A stretch of DNA of 64,000 bases from an uncultured Gammaproteobacteria bacterium (GCA_964558935.1 CAZLFP010000005.1:20667-84666), one strand, 5' to 3'. Shown: positions 49,178 to 60,129, numbered from the stretch's first letter. Numbers and translations are program-made. Notes: generated by a model from the sequence alone, not told the origin.

Positions 49178-49846
49178 ATGAAATTGCCAGTTTACAATCA
49201 AAGTGGAGAACAGATTAAGGATATTGAATTGGATCCTAAGATTTTTAATGCTCAGATTAAGCCCGAGGTTATTCATCAGGTAGTTGTAGCTCAGCAAGCG
49301 AATGCTCGCCAGGTCTTGGCACACACCAAAGATCGGAGCGAAGTTAGAGGAGGTGGAGCAAAACCTTGGAGACAAAAAGGCTTGGGTCGTGCTCGTCACG
49401 GTTCTAGAAGATCCCCGATCTGGGTTGGCGGTGGAGTCACTTTTGGTCCGACCAAAGATCGTAATTTCACTCAGAAGGTTAACCAGAAACAGAAACAATT
49501 AGCTCTGGCCATGTGTTTGTCAGATCGGGCAGGTGCTAAGTCGCTGGTGGTGTTTGACCAAATTGGTTTTGAATCCGGCAAAACTAAAGATTTGACCAAT
49601 TGGCTAAAACTGTTGGCTGGCAAGTTAGAGTTACTCAAAGACACTAAGAAGTATTTATTGGTTTTGGACGGACAAAACAAGGATTTGGTTCAAGCAGCCA
49701 AGAATCTCAAGAATGTAACCATTATTTTAGCAGACAGTTTAAACTGCATTTCTGTTTTAAATCATGAGAAATTATTAATCACCGAAAAAGCTTTAGACAT
49801 TATTAGCAAGCATTATCGAAAAGTTAATCAAGCCAAGAAACAATAA
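49178..49846 (+). CDS. rplD: 50S ribosomal protein uL4
   Basis: TKDRSEVRGGGAKPWRQKG.GRAR.GS.RSP. Confidence 0.97.
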   Translation: MKLPVYNQSGEQIKDIELDPKIFNAQIKPEVIHQVVVAQQANARQVLAHTKDRSEVRGGGAKPWRQKGLGRARHGSRRSPIWVGGGVTFGPTKDRNFTQKVNQKQKQLALAMCLSDRAGAKSLVVFDQIGFESGKTKDLTNWLKLLAGKLELLKDTKKYLLVLDGQNKDLVQAAKNLKNVTIILADSLNCISVLNHEKLLITEKALDIISKHYRKVNQAKKQ

Positions 49847-49847
49847 T

Positions 49848-50255
49848 ATGGGTATTTTTAATAAGAAAACTAAGCAGACCGATGAGCAACCCGCTGAACA
49901 ATCAGCAATCGGTTCAGTTCCAGTCAAGCAAGATGCTAAGAAGCCGGCCGGTCAGGTTAAACAACCTGGTCAGTCTACTTTTGGCATTTTAATTAGACCT
50001 CTGATTACAGAAAAAGCGACCAATCTTGGTAGATTGAATCAGTATGTTTTTGAGGTTAGTTCTGAGGCCAATAAAATTCAGATCGCTCAAGCTATTTTTG
50101 AACGATATGGTGTTAAACCTACTAAGGTTAATATTATTAATAATTTGGGCAAACGCGTTCGCTATGGCCGAAATTGGGGAAGGCGGAAAGATTGGACAAA
50201 GGCGGTCATTACCTTACCAGCCGGTCAAACCATAGCCATTCACGAAGGAGTCTAA
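49848..50255 (+). CDS. rplW: 50S ribosomal protein uL23 (N-terminal extension)
   Basis: [25 protein letters not shown]. Confidence 0.95.
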   Translation: MGIFNKKTKQTDEQPAEQSAIGSVPVKQDAKKPAGQVKQPGQSTFGILIRPLITEKATNLGRLNQYVFEVSSEANKIQIAQAIFERYGVKPTKVNIINNLGKRVRYGRNWGRRKDWTKAVITLPAGQTIAIHEGV

Positions 50256-50257
50256 AT

Positions 50258-51106
50258 ATGCCAGTTAAAGTATACAAACCAACCACTCCAGCTCGACGTC
50301 AGACTTCAGTCTTGACCAGTTTAGATATAACCAAGAAAAAGCCGGAAAAGAAGTTAATTAAGAGTGGTAAAAATATGGCAGGCCGCAATGCTCAAGGTAA
50401 AATTACTGTGAGACATCAAGGCGGTGGTGCTAGAAAGAAAATAAGAGTTATTGACTACAGACGGGATAAATTTGACATTCCAGCAAAAATTGCAGCCATT
50501 GAATATGATCCAAACCGCAACACTCGTCTCGCTCTGTTGAATTACGCTGATGGTGAAAAAAGATATATGGTAGCACCTCAGGATCTTAAGGTTGGTGATC
50601 AGGTTTTGAGTTCCAAACAGAAGATTGAAATAAAGACCGGTAATGCCATGCCATTAAAGTATATTCCGGTAGGTATGGTTGTTTACAATGTTGAACTGGA
50701 ACCAGGTAAGGGTGGACAGTTGGGCAGAAGCGCTGGTAATAATCTCTACTTAATGGGATTGGATAGTGGCCATGCTCAGCTTAAGATGCCATCCGGTGAA
50801 GTCAGATTGGTTTCAGAGAATTGTTTGGCCACTTTAGGTTCAGCCAGCAACCCTGAATTCAAGAATATTCGATGGGGTAAGGCCGGCAGAATGAGACATA
50901 AGGGTATTAGACCTACAGTGCGCGGTAAAGTTATGAATCCAGTTGATCATCCGCATGGTGGTGGTGAAGGTTCAAATCCGATTGGTATGAAGCATCCGAA
51001 AACACCGTGGGGTAAACCGGCTTTAGGTGTTAAAACCAGAAAAAAAGGTAAGAAATCAGATAAGTTAATTATTCGTAGACGTAAAACTAAGAAACGAAGA
51101 AAGTAA
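50258..51106 (+). CDS. rplB: 50S ribosomal protein uL2
   Basis: [26 protein letters not shown]; ATG 50258. Confidence 0.98.
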   Translation: MPVKVYKPTTPARRQTSVLTSLDITKKKPEKKLIKSGKNMAGRNAQGKITVRHQGGGARKKIRVIDYRRDKFDIPAKIAAIEYDPNRNTRLALLNYADGEKRYMVAPQDLKVGDQVLSSKQKIEIKTGNAMPLKYIPVGMVVYNVELEPGKGGQLGRSAGNNLYLMGLDSGHAQLKMPSGEVRLVSENCLATLGSASNPEFKNIRWGKAGRMRHKGIRPTVRGKVMNPVDHPHGGGEGSNPIGMKHPKTPWGKPALGVKTRKKGKKSDKLIIRRRKTKKRRK

Positions 51107-51107
51107 T

Positions 51108-51392
51108 ATGGCAAGAAGTTTAAAAAAAGGCCCTTATATTGATGATAAACTCATGAAGAAAGTAGCTCAGGCAAAGAAGGGTGAAATAATTAAAACCTGG
51201 TCAAGAATGGCCACGATTACTCCTGAAATGGTAGGTCATACTTTTGGTGTTCACAATGGTAAAGAACATATACCAGTTTTAGTCTTAGAAAACATGGTTG
51301 GACATAAGCTAGGTGAATTTTCACCAACTAGAAAATTTGTCAGACATGGTGGTAAGATTCAAAAAGCCTTAGAACAAGCAGCCAAGAAATAA
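51108..51392 (+). CDS. rpsS: 30S ribosomal protein uS19
   Basis: [20 protein letters not shown]. Confidence 0.98.
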   Translation: MARSLKKGPYIDDKLMKKVAQAKKGEIIKTWSRMATITPEMVGHTFGVHNGKEHIPVLVLENMVGHKLGEFSPTRKFVRHGGKIQKALEQAAKK

Positions 51393-51393
51393 T

Positions 51394-51930
51394 ATGGATA
51401 TCACAGCAAAAGCTAAAAACATTAGAATGTCACCCAAGAAGATTAGATTGGTTTCAGATTTAGTCAAAGGTTTAGAGGTGGCTGAAGCGATAAGTCAGTT
51501 GTCTTTCTCAAAGAAGCATGCAGCTGAGCCAGTATTAAAATTGATAAAATCCGGTATAGCCAATGCTGTTGAGAATTTTAAGTTAGACAAGGCTAACTTG
51601 TTAGTTAAGGAAATTAGAGTCGATGAAGGAGTGACTTTACGAAGATGGATGCCAAAAGCCAGAGGTCGAGCGACTCCACTCAGAAAAAGATCGTCTCATA
51701 TCATCTTAACTTTGACAGAAAAAGTGCCAACAGACATTAAAGACATTAAGAAGCCTGAAAAGAAGACAGACGATATTGTTAAGATTGAAGATTTGGGCAA
51801 GGTTAAGCCTGAAGCCGATATTGATGATTTTAATGCTCCAGAGGCAAAACAGATTAAAGAAAAAAAATCAGGTAAATCAGATAAAGGTTTTATGGGCAAA
51901 GTTTTTACTCGTAAATCAGGTGAAAAATAA
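51394..51930 (+). CDS. rplV: 50S ribosomal protein uL22 (C-terminal extension)
   Basis: IRMSPKKIRLV, VDEG..R..P.ARGRA. Confidence 0.96.
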   Translation: MDITAKAKNIRMSPKKIRLVSDLVKGLEVAEAISQLSFSKKHAAEPVLKLIKSGIANAVENFKLDKANLLVKEIRVDEGVTLRRWMPKARGRATPLRKRSSHIILTLTEKVPTDIKDIKKPEKKTDDIVKIEDLGKVKPEADIDDFNAPEAKQIKEKKSGKSDKGFMGKVFTRKSGEK

Positions 51931-51938
51931 TTAGAGTT

Positions 51939-52616
51939 ATGGGACAAAAAGTACATCCAAAAGCATTTAGAATAAAAATCAACAAAACTTGGGATTCCAA
52001 GTGGTTTGCTGATAAAGATTTTTCTGAATTATTAAAACAAGATGTTAGTATTCGTAGGTATATTGTGAAGAAATTAAAGACAGCTGCTGTTTCTAAAGTG
52101 GATATTGAGAGGTCAGCCAATGCCGTGACTGTAAGCATTCATTGCGCCAAACCCGGTTTAATTATTGGACGAGGCGGACAAGGAGCAGAAGAATTAAAAA
52201 AAGAAATTCAAAATAAGTTTTTGAAAGACGATTTTTCCAGAAAGAAAGGTATTAAGAATGTTAACATTAACATTTTAGAAGTTAGTAATCCCGGTTTAGA
52301 TTCAGCTGTCATTATGCACCAGATCATTGCTGATTTAGAAAAGCGTATTCCATTTAGACGCGCTGTTAAACAGGCGATGAATAGAGCGGAAAAAGCCGGA
52401 GCTAAAGGTATTAAGGTGATTGTCAGTGGTCGGTTAAATGGAGTTGAAATCGCCCGTACAGAAACATTCTTATCCGGTAAGATTCCTTTACACACCTTAA
52501 GAGCAGATATTGATTATTCTCGGGGTGCGGCCAGTACCATTTACGGACAAATCGGTGTCAAGGTTTGGATCTATCGGGGTGAAGTTTTTGACAAACCAGA
52601 AAATAATAAAAAATAA
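51939..52616 (+). CDS. rpsC: 30S ribosomal protein uS3
   Basis: MGQKVHP, PGLIIGRGG, PLHTLRADIDY. Confidence 0.98.
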   Translation: MGQKVHPKAFRIKINKTWDSKWFADKDFSELLKQDVSIRRYIVKKLKTAAVSKVDIERSANAVTVSIHCAKPGLIIGRGGQGAEELKKEIQNKFLKDDFSRKKGIKNVNINILEVSNPGLDSAVIMHQIIADLEKRIPFRRAVKQAMNRAEKAGAKGIKVIVSGRLNGVEIARTETFLSGKIPLHTLRADIDYSRGAASTIYGQIGVKVWIYRGEVFDKPENNKK

Positions 52617-52638
52617 TAGATAGTTCAGATATAAAGAT

Positions 52639-53046
52639 ATGTTAGCGCCTAAGAAATTAAAACGTAGAAAACCACATCGACCCAAAGTCGGTGGTCCGGC
52701 AACCAGTAGTAATAAAATTGCTTTTGGTAAGTTTGCTTTAAAAGCTACTACCGGTGGCTGGGTTAAGGCTCAACAGATAGAATCTGCCAGAAGGGTGATT
52801 ACTCGTTATTTAAAAAGAGGCGGTAAGATTTGGATTAGAATTTTTCCGCACCGAGCAATTACCGGCAAAGGTACTCAAGCAACCATGGGTAGCGGTAAGG
52901 GTGTGCCAGAGTATTATGTGGCTGTTGTTAGGCCCGGAAATATTATTTTTGAGATTGATGGTGTTACGGAAAAACAAGCAAAAGAAGCTTTAAGTTTAGC
53001 TGGCTATAAGTTTCCGGTTAAAACTCAAGTCATAACCAAGGAGTAA
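52639..53046 (+). CDS. rplP: 50S ribosomal protein uL16
   Basis: QIESARR, GKIWIRIFP, MGSGKG. Confidence 0.97.
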   Translation: MLAPKKLKRRKPHRPKVGGPATSSNKIAFGKFALKATTGGWVKAQQIESARRVITRYLKRGGKIWIRIFPHRAITGKGTQATMGSGKGVPEYYVAVVRPGNIIFEIDGVTEKQAKEALSLAGYKFPVKTQVITKE

Positions 53047-53050
53047 AGAT

Positions 53051-53236
53051 ATGGACATGAAAGAAATTAACAATTTATCCAAAGTGGAATTAACTAATTT
53101 ATTGCAGGAATTGAGAGGCAAGTTAGATGAGTTAAAATACAAAGCTGCTCAAAAACAGTTAAAGAATGTGAGGGAAATTAGAATCGTTAAAAGAGATATT
53201 GCTAGAATTATGACTAACTTGAAGACAAAACAATAA
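53051..53236 (+). CDS. rpmC: 50S ribosomal protein uL29
   Basis: [12 protein letters not shown]; operon position. Confidence 0.93.
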   Translation: MDMKEINNLSKVELTNLLQELRGKLDELKYKAAQKQLKNVREIRIVKRDIARIMTNLKTKQ

Positions 53237-53237
53237 T

Positions 53238-53480
53238 ATGACTGAAAAGAAAACAATTCAAAGAAAATTCAAGGGTCAGGTCGTCTCCGATAAGATGGAC
53301 AAGACGGTTGTGGTTAGAGTTGATCACTTTAAGTTGCATCCCAGATACCAGAAAAGATATCGTGTCAGCCAAAAATACAAAGCTCATGATCCTAAGAATC
53401 AATACAAGCTTGGGGATATGGTTGAAATTGTTGAATGTCGTCCTCTAAGCAAGGATAAGAAATGGCGAGTTATTTACTAA
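53238..53480 (+). CDS. rpsQ: 30S ribosomal protein uS17
   Basis: [22 protein letters not shown]. Confidence 0.97.
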   Translation: MTEKKTIQRKFKGQVVSDKMDKTVVVRVDHFKLHPRYQKRYRVSQKYKAHDPKNQYKLGDMVEIVECRPLSKDKKWRVIY

Positions 53481-53500
53481 TAAGAGAATAGATTAAATAT

Positions 53501-53872
53501 ATGGTCCAAGCAGAATCAATGCTAACCTCAGCCGATAACACTGGAGCCAAGAAGCTCAAGGTGATTAAGGTTTTGGGTGGCTATAAAAAAAGATATGCCA
53601 GGCTAGGAGATATTGTCACAGCCTCAGTTAAAGAAGCTACGCCTCACAGCATGGTTAAAAAAGGTGATGTGGTTCACGCTGTTTTGGTGAGGACCAGAAA
53701 AGAAGTCAGACGGCCGGATGGATCATACATTCGTTTTGATGATAACGCAGTAGTAATTATTGATATGAAGAATAAAGAAATGAAAGGCACTCGTATTTTT
53801 GGACCGATTGCTCGAGAAATTAGAAACTTAGGTTACCAAAAAATTGTGAGTTTAGCTCCAGAAGTCTTATAA
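53501..53872 (+). CDS. rplN: 50S ribosomal protein uL14
   Basis: ADNTGAK, IRFDDNA, GTRIFGP, SLAPEVL. Confidence 0.98.
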   Translation: MVQAESMLTSADNTGAKKLKVIKVLGGYKKRYARLGDIVTASVKEATPHSMVKKGDVVHAVLVRTRKEVRRPDGSYIRFDDNAVVIIDMKNKEMKGTRIFGPIAREIRNLGYQKIVSLAPEVL

Positions 53873-53879
53873 CAAACAT

Positions 53880-54209
53880 ATGAAAATAAAAACTGGCGAC
53901 AAAGTAAAAATCATAGCAGGTAAGGACCGAGGCAAAGTCGGTAAGGTTTTGCAGGTTTTTAATCAGGAAAAGAAAGTGGTGGTAGAGGGTTTGAATCAAC
54001 TGATTAAGCACCAGAGACCGCGACGCCAGGGTGAAAAAGGACAAAGAATTCAGTTTTCTGCTCCCATTGCCATGTCAAATGTGTCTTTGGTCTGTCCGAA
54101 ATGCAGTAAGACGACACGAATTGGCCTGCAAATTATCAAACCAGAAGACAAAACTAAGAAAAAAATCAGAAATCGCGTTTGCAAGAAATGCGGTGAAGTG
54201 ATTAATTAA
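53880..54209 (+). CDS. rplX: 50S ribosomal protein uL24
   Basis: GDKVKIIAGKDRGK (KOW), VVVEGLN. Confidence 0.96.
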   Translation: MKIKTGDKVKIIAGKDRGKVGKVLQVFNQEKKVVVEGLNQLIKHQRPRRQGEKGQRIQFSAPIAMSNVSLVCPKCSKTTRIGLQIIKPEDKTKKKIRNRVCKKCGEVIN

Positions 54210-54213
54210 ACAT

Positions 54214-54756
54214 ATGGCTTCAAGATTACAAGAACAATATAAGCAAGAAATCATTCCAACCTTAAAACAGGAATTTGGATATCAGAACGTTATGGCTGTA
54301 CCTAAGTTAGATAAAGTCAGTGTTAATGTCGGCTTAAATGCCCGAAGCGCAGATACGACTATGCTGGAATTGGTGGAAAAAAGTTTGACTCGGATTACCG
54401 GTCAAAAACCGGTTAAGACTAAGGCTAAAAAAGCGATTTCCGCGTTCAAAGTTAGAGAAGGTATGGTTGTTGGCATGAAGGTCACCTTAAGAGGCAGTAA
54501 GATGTATGATTTTGTAGATAAATTAATCAATATCACCATTCCTAGAATTAGAGATTTCCGAGGCTTAGATAAGAAAATGGTAGATAAGCAAGGCAATTTA
54601 ACCATTGGCTTTAAAGAGCATAATGTATTTCCGGAAATTAGGTCAGATGAAATTGAAAGATTGCATGGTTTGGAAGTAACCATTGCTACCACTGCCAAAG
54701 ATCGTGAAGCTGGTTTAAGGCTGTTTGAATTGTTGGGCGTACCCTTTAAGAAATAA
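54214..54756 (+). CDS. rplE: 50S ribosomal protein uL5
   Basis: ITGQKP, KVTLRG, PRIRDFRG. Confidence 0.97.
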   Translation: MASRLQEQYKQEIIPTLKQEFGYQNVMAVPKLDKVSVNVGLNARSADTTMLELVEKSLTRITGQKPVKTKAKKAISAFKVREGMVVGMKVTLRGSKMYDFVDKLINITIPRIRDFRGLDKKMVDKQGNLTIGFKEHNVFPEIRSDEIERLHGLEVTIATTAKDREAGLRLFELLGVPFKK

Positions 54757-54770
54757 GTTAGATAAGATAT

Positions 54771-54956
54771 ATGGCAACAAAAGCACAAATTGCAAAATCA
54801 AATAAACCGGCTAAGTATTCTACTCGGGAGGTTAATCGTTGCTGGAGATGCGGTCGTAAACGAAGCTACATGCGTAAATACAAGTTATGCCGTATTTGCT
54901 TTAGAGAATTGGCCAATAACGGACAAATTCCAGGTGTGACCAAATCTAGCTGGTAA
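54771..54956 (+). CDS. rpsN: 30S ribosomal protein uS14 (Zn-binding type)
   Basis: [22 protein letters not shown]. Confidence 0.97.
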   Translation: MATKAQIAKSNKPAKYSTREVNRCWRCGRKRSYMRKYKLCRICFRELANNGQIPGVTKSSW

Positions 54957-54976
54957 TAAAGATAATAATTATATAT

Positions 54977-55381
54977 ATGACAGATCCAATTGCTGACATG
55001 CTAACTCGAATCAGAAATGCTTCCAAAGTTAAGAAGCCTGAGGTTTATATTCCCTTTTCCAAATTAAAATTAGAAATTGTTAAAATTTTAAAGCGTCAAG
55101 GATATATTCAAGATTTTAAAGAGTTGAAACCAGACGAGACAGAAAATAAGTTTGGTGGCATTATGGTTGGTTTAAAATATAATAAGGGTAAGAAACCCGC
55201 CATAACCTCCATTAAACGAGTGTCTAAGCCAGGTCAACGAGTGTATGTCAGTAAAGATGAATTGCCAAAAGTATTGAATAATTTAGGTTTAGCCATTGTA
55301 TCCACGTCCAAGGGCGTTATGACCAACACAGAGGCAAAACAAGCCGGTTTAGGTGGTGAACTTATTTGCGAAATATATTAA
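54977..55381 (+). CDS. rpsH: 30S ribosomal protein uS8
   Basis: DPIADMLTRIRNA, SKPG.RVY, GGE. Confidence 0.98.
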   Translation: MTDPIADMLTRIRNASKVKKPEVYIPFSKLKLEIVKILKRQGYIQDFKELKPDETENKFGGIMVGLKYNKGKKPAITSIKRVSKPGQRVYVSKDELPKVLNNLGLAIVSTSKGVMTNTEAKQAGLGGELICEIY

Positions 55382-55385
55382 TCAT

Positions 55386-55937
55386 ATGAGTAGAGTCGGA
55401 AAACAAATTATTGATATACCAGAGGGAGTTAAGGTTAAGTTTGAAGGTCAATTAGTGACTGTTAACGGTCCCAAAGGTGAATTAAAACAAGCTTTAGATC
55501 CTAAGGTGTCTTTAGAGATGTTGGATAACAGTTTACAAGTTAAGATTAAGGATGAAACAGACAGACAGCAGAAGGCTTTGTGGGGTTTGTATGCCAGTTT
55601 AATTAAGAATATGATTATTGGCGTATCTGAAGGTTTTAGTAAACAATTGGAAATATCCGGTGTGGGCTATACGGCAGCGGTAAGTGGCAAGACTCTAACT
55701 TTAAAAGTTGGTTATTCTCATCCGGTTGAATATGCCATTCCTGAGGGTATTGATATTAAAGTTGAAGGCAATGTTATAACCATCAGTGGCATAGACAAGC
55801 AATTGGTGGGTGAGGTTGCCGCTCAGATTAAAAAGGTAAGAAAACCAGAGCCTTACAAGGGCAAGGGAATTAAATATGTCGGTGAGCAGATAATTCGAAA
55901 AGCAGGTAAGGCAGCTGGTGGTAAGGGTGATAAATAA
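55386..55937 (+). CDS. rplF: 50S ribosomal protein uL6
   Basis: [20 protein letters not shown]; ATG 55386. Confidence 0.97.
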   Translation: MSRVGKQIIDIPEGVKVKFEGQLVTVNGPKGELKQALDPKVSLEMLDNSLQVKIKDETDRQQKALWGLYASLIKNMIIGVSEGFSKQLEISGVGYTAAVSGKTLTLKVGYSHPVEYAIPEGIDIKVEGNVITISGIDKQLVGEVAAQIKKVRKPEPYKGKGIKYVGEQIIRKAGKAAGGKGDK

Positions 55938-55945
55938 CCAAAGAT

Positions 55946-56299
55946 ATGAATAAACAGATACAACACAATCTAGTTAAAGCCAGAAGACACGGAAGAGTCA
56001 GGGCCAAGGTGAGTGGTACGGCTGCTCGTCCTCGTTTATCTGTCTTTCGCAGTTTAACCGGCATCTCTGCTCAGTTGATTGACGATACCCAAGGTAAGAC
56101 CTTGGTTGGTGTTACAGCGCGAGAAGTGGACAAGTCATTGTCTAAAATGGACAAGGCTCAGACTGTCGGTAAGTTATTGGCAGAAAAAGCTTTAGCTAAG
56201 AATATTCAAACGGTTGTGTTTGACAAAGGAGCATATCGTTACCACGGTCGAGTTAAGGCTTTAGCTGAAGCAGCTAAAGCAGCCGGTTTAAAGTTTTAA
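55946..56299 (+). CDS. rplR: 50S ribosomal protein uL18
   Basis: [19 protein letters not shown]. Confidence 0.97.
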   Translation: MNKQIQHNLVKARRHGRVRAKVSGTAARPRLSVFRSLTGISAQLIDDTQGKTLVGVTAREVDKSLSKMDKAQTVGKLLAEKALAKNIQTVVFDKGAYRYHGRVKALAEAAKAAGLKF

Positions 56300-56308
56300 A
56301 AAAAGTAT

Positions 56309-56851
56309 ATGACAGATAACAAAACAAGAAGATCCAAATTTAAAAAAGACAAACCTGAGTTTGAGCAACAAATTGTGCACATTGCCAGAATTACTCGTGT
56401 TATGGCTGGCGGTAAGAGAATGCGCTTTCGAGTTTGCATGGTTATTGGAGACAAGAAAGGCCGAGTTGGAATTGGCTTAGCTAAAGGTAGAGATGTGTCT
56501 ACGGCTGTACAAAAGGCGGTTAAACAGGCTGAAAAGAATGTTATGAAAGTAAATTTGAAAGGTGAGACCATTCCGCATGAAGTTAGAATTAAGCAGGGTG
56601 CGGCTAAGATTTTGTTAAAACCGGCACCAGAAGGTACAGGTGTTATTTCCGGTGGGGCGGTTAGAACCGTCTTGGAATTAGCTGGTATTAAGAATGTGGT
56701 GTCTAAGATTTTAGGTACTAATAACAAAGTCAATAATGTTAAAGCCACAATTGCAGCTTTAAAGAAATTAAGACCTGTCGTGAAATCAACTAAGAAAACA
56801 GAAGCTAAATCTGAAGCTAAGTCCGAGGATCAGCCAGCAGAAACTAAATAA
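56309..56851 (+). CDS. rpsE: 30S ribosomal protein uS5
   Basis: RV.AGGKR..F, PAPEGTGVI.GG. Confidence 0.97.
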   Translation: MTDNKTRRSKFKKDKPEFEQQIVHIARITRVMAGGKRMRFRVCMVIGDKKGRVGIGLAKGRDVSTAVQKAVKQAEKNVMKVNLKGETIPHEVRIKQGAAKILLKPAPEGTGVISGGAVRTVLELAGIKNVVSKILGTNNKVNNVKATIAALKKLRPVVKSTKKTEAKSEAKSEDQPAETK

Positions 56852-56856
56852 CCCAT

Positions 56857-57303
56857 ATGTTAAATTTATCTAATTTAAAACCAGCTTCCGGCTCAACTAA
56901 GAGTCGTAAAAAAGTGGGTCGCGGTGGTAAGCGAGGTACTTATGCCGGCCGTGGTCTTAAGGGTCAAAAATCTCGTAGCGGCGGCAAGGGGGGATTAAAG
57001 GCTTTAGGTTTTAAACAAACCTTACAGAGAATTCCCAAAGTCAGGGGTTTCAAGAGTTCGAAGCCCAAAATGGAAATTGTTAAATTGGCAGATTTAAAAG
57101 CCAAGTTTCAAGATGGCGAAGTGGTCGATATCCGTAAGATGATCAAGGCGGATTTAATTGAATCCGGTAAAACCGGTGTGAAAGTGCTGGGTAATGACCA
57201 GATGGATAAGAAGCTAATAGTAGTAGCTGACAAATTTAGCCAAGCTGCAGAAAAAGCCATTTCTCAAGCAGGAGGACAAGCTCAGCTTAGAAACCAAAAA
57301 TAA
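56857..57303 (+). CDS. rplO: 50S ribosomal protein uL15
   Basis: GRG..GRG.KGQKSRSG, RIPK.RGF. Confidence 0.96.
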   Translation: MLNLSNLKPASGSTKSRKKVGRGGKRGTYAGRGLKGQKSRSGGKGGLKALGFKQTLQRIPKVRGFKSSKPKMEIVKLADLKAKFQDGEVVDIRKMIKADLIESGKTGVKVLGNDQMDKKLIVVADKFSQAAEKAISQAGGQAQLRNQK

Positions 57304-57308
57304 TTGGT

Positions 57309-58583
57309 ATGTTTAATAAACTGGCTCAAATCTTTAAAATTAAGGAATTACGTAACAGCATTTTATTTGTTTTAGCGATGCTGGTAGTTTTTAGAATTGC
57401 TGCCCATATTCCCATTCCGGGAGTGAACGAAGCTGCTTTAAAAGAATTATTTGAAGGCAACCAATTATTGGGATTGATGAATATCTTTTCCGGCGGTAGC
57501 ATGCAAAATTTTTCCATTGTCATGCTGGGTGTTGCACCTTACATTACCGCTTCAATTATCTTTCAATTATTGGCTATGATTATTCCGGCCTTGGAAGAAC
57601 TTCAAAAAGAAGGAGATTACGGCAGGCAAAAGATAAATATGTGGACACGTTGGGTGACCGTACCCTTAGCTTTCTTACAGTCTTTCAGTATGATTACTTT
57701 ATTGCAGAAGACCGCCCCTAATATTTTACCTGACTTTTCATGGCTGCAAGTTTTATTGGCTTGCGTAACCATTACGGCCGGTACCGTCTTTTTGATGTGG
57801 CTGGGAGAATTGATCTCTGAAAAAAAAATCGGCAATGGTATTTCACTCTTAATTTTTGCCGGTATTATTTCACGCATTCCCAGTTCCATTGGCAATACCT
57901 TATTTACCTTTGACAGGTCTCAGATAATTAACATGTTGATTTTTGGCGCGATAGCCATTATTACAGTGGTTGGTGTCGTTATTATCACTGAAGGTCAAAG
58001 GAATATTCCGGTGTCATATGCACGTCAAGTCAGAGGCAACAAAATGTATGGCGGAGTGGACACTCATTTGCCGCTCAGGGTTAATCAGGCCGGTGTGATG
58101 CCGATCATTTTTGCGATTGCCATAATCCTGTTACCTTCCATGGTAGCTCAGCTCTTTATGAATGCTCAAACGGCTTGGGTGTCTTCAGCTGCCGCCTGGA
58201 CTTACCAATTATTCCAGAACCAATTATTCTACGGTATTATGTATTTTATTTTAGTGGTGGCTTTTACTTATTTTTATACTTCAGTCATTTTTCATCCTCA
58301 GCAGATTGCTGATAATCTACAAAGACAAGGTGGTTTTATACCAGGCATTAGACCCGGTAAGAACACCGCAGAATATTTGCAAGGTGTAGTGACCAGAATT
58401 GTTTTTGTGGGTGCTTTATTTTTGGGTATTATCGCTGTTTTGCCTCTGATTACTTCGCAAATTACCGGTGGCAGCAATTTGGTAATTGGCGGTACCGGAT
58501 TATTAATTGCCGTGTCGGTGGTGATTGAAATCGTTAACCAGATAAACTCTCAATTATCCATGAGAGATTATGAGGAGATTTAA
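57309..58583 (+). CDS. secY: Preprotein translocase SecY
   Basis: LGVAPYITASII, GNGISL.IFAGI, GV.PIIFA, FIPGIRPG. Confidence 0.98.
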   Translation: MFNKLAQIFKIKELRNSILFVLAMLVVFRIAAHIPIPGVNEAALKELFEGNQLLGLMNIFSGGSMQNFSIVMLGVAPYITASIIFQLLAMIIPALEELQKEGDYGRQKINMWTRWVTVPLAFLQSFSMITLLQKTAPNILPDFSWLQVLLACVTITAGTVFLMWLGELISEKKIGNGISLLIFAGIISRIPSSIGNTLFTFDRSQIINMLIFGAIAIITVVGVVIITEGQRNIPVSYARQVRGNKMYGGVDTHLPLRVNQAGVMPIIFAIAIILLPSMVAQLFMNAQTAWVSSAAAWTYQLFQNQLFYGIMYFILVVAFTYFYTSVIFHPQQIADNLQRQGGFIPGIRPGKNTAEYLQGVVTRIVFVGALFLGIIAVLPLITSQITGGSNLVIGGTGLLIAVSVVIEIVNQINSQLSMRDYEEI

Positions 58584-58628
58584 TATTAGGAGAAAGAAAT
58601 TCCATACTAACATCTCTACACACCAATT

Positions 58629-58655
58629 CCGCCGTGACTGGCGGTTTTTTGTTTT
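58629..58655 (+). terminator. Terminator after secY
   Basis: CCGCC-GTGACT-GGCGG-TTTTTTGTTTT. Confidence 0.7.
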
Positions 58656-58693
58656 ATAAGGTAAAATACCCGTATTAATAATAAGATAGAATT

Positions 58694-59374
58694 ATGAACG
58701 ACAAACCCTTTGAAATTATTGTTTTGGGTCCTCCGGTTTCAGGTAAGGGAACTCAAGCAAAGTTATTATCTGAAACATTTGAAATTCCACATATTTCCAC
58801 CGGCACTATTTTACATGGCATTAAAAGTGACGCTTCCCATCCCAGAAACCAAGAAGTGGCCGAGTATATGGATAGCGGTAAATTGGTTCCATCAGAATTA
58901 GTTAATCAGTTGGTTAAAGACAGGATTAATCAAGAAGATTGCCAGATCGGCTTTCTGTTGGACGGTTATCCCAGAACCATGGAGCAAGCTCAAGTGATAG
59001 ATCAGGCAGCTGATTTGGATTATGTTTTTTTAATTCAAGTCAGTGACGAGACAGTAATAGAGAGAATTTCAGGCAGACGTGTCTGTCAGAATGGACATAC
59101 TTGGCACATTAAGTTCTCTCCCACAAAAGTAGAAGGTGTCTGCGATACTTGTGGTCAACCCCTTTTTCAAAGAGATGACGATAAAGCGGATGTGGTTCGG
59201 CAAAGGCTGAATGTGTATCATGAGAATATGACTCCAATTATTACTTACTTTAGAGACAAGGGTAAATTACTTGAGATAGATGGTGAACAAAACATTGACA
59301 AAGTTTTCCAGCAAATGGTACATCATTTGGTTTATGATTTAAGACAAAAAAATTTGAACAATGGTCAGAATTAA
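58694..59374 (+). CDS. adk: Adenylate kinase
   Basis: GPPVSGKGTQ, HISTG, LDGYPR, LID with C..H..CDTC, QRDDD. Confidence 0.96.
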   Translation: MNDKPFEIIVLGPPVSGKGTQAKLLSETFEIPHISTGTILHGIKSDASHPRNQEVAEYMDSGKLVPSELVNQLVKDRINQEDCQIGFLLDGYPRTMEQAQVIDQAADLDYVFLIQVSDETVIERISGRRVCQNGHTWHIKFSPTKVEGVCDTCGQPLFQRDDDKADVVRQRLNVYHENMTPIITYFRDKGKLLEIDGEQNIDKVFQQMVHHLVYDLRQKNLNNGQN

Positions 59375-60128
59375 AACCAATACAGAAATCGAAATCATGG
59401 CTCAAGGCGGACATATCCTGTCTTGGGTGGTTGACCAGGTAGTCAGCCGGGTCAAGCCGGGTGTCAGTACTCAGGAATTAACAGAACTGGCAGAAAAGTT
59501 AATTCAAGAAAAAAAAGCCGAATCTAGTTTTAAAGGTTACAAAGCAGCTTGGTCTGAAACCGCCTTCCCCTCAGCCTTATGTTTATCCATCAATAATGAG
59601 GTGGTGCATGGCTTGCCCATACCCAGCCGGCAATTGAAAACCGGAGATATTGTTGGTATTGACTGTGGTTTAAAATACCAAGGCCTGTATACGGATATGG
59701 CGGTTACAGTCGGTGTGGGCAGAATATCTAATCAAGCTAAAGAACTGATCGCCATCACTCGGACCGCTTTAAAAGAAGGCATTGAACAGGTTAAGCCCGG
59801 TCATCATCTGTCTGACATTGCCCGTGCCATTGAACAGACGGTAACTCAAGCTGGTTATGCGGTGGTAACTCAATTGGTTGGACATGGAGTTGGATACGCT
59901 GCCCATGAAGAACCTCAGATTCCCAATTATTTAGGTTCCAATCTGCCGGACGTTGAATTAAAACCGGGCATGTGTTTGGCTTTGGAACCCATGGTTAATT
60001 TGGGTAAAGGCGGAGTGTCTTTTTCTGAAGACGGCTGGACCGTTTTAACGGCTGATAACTCTTTAAGCGCCCATTTTGAACACACAGTGGTTGTAACTAC
60101 AACCGGGTATCGAATTTTAACTCAATAG
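59361..60128 (+). CDS. map: Methionine aminopeptidase type I
   Basis: VVHGLP, IDCG, GHGVG, LEPM, SAHFEHT. Confidence 0.96.
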   Translation: MVRIKTNTEIEIMAQGGHILSWVVDQVVSRVKPGVSTQELTELAEKLIQEKKAESSFKGYKAAWSETAFPSALCLSINNEVVHGLPIPSRQLKTGDIVGIDCGLKYQGLYTDMAVTVGVGRISNQAKELIAITRTALKEGIEQVKPGHHLSDIARAIEQTVTQAGYAVVTQLVGHGVGYAAHEEPQIPNYLGSNLPDVELKPGMCLALEPMVNLGKGGVSFSEDGWTVLTADNSLSAHFEHTVVVTTTGYRILTQ

Positions 60129-60129
60129 C

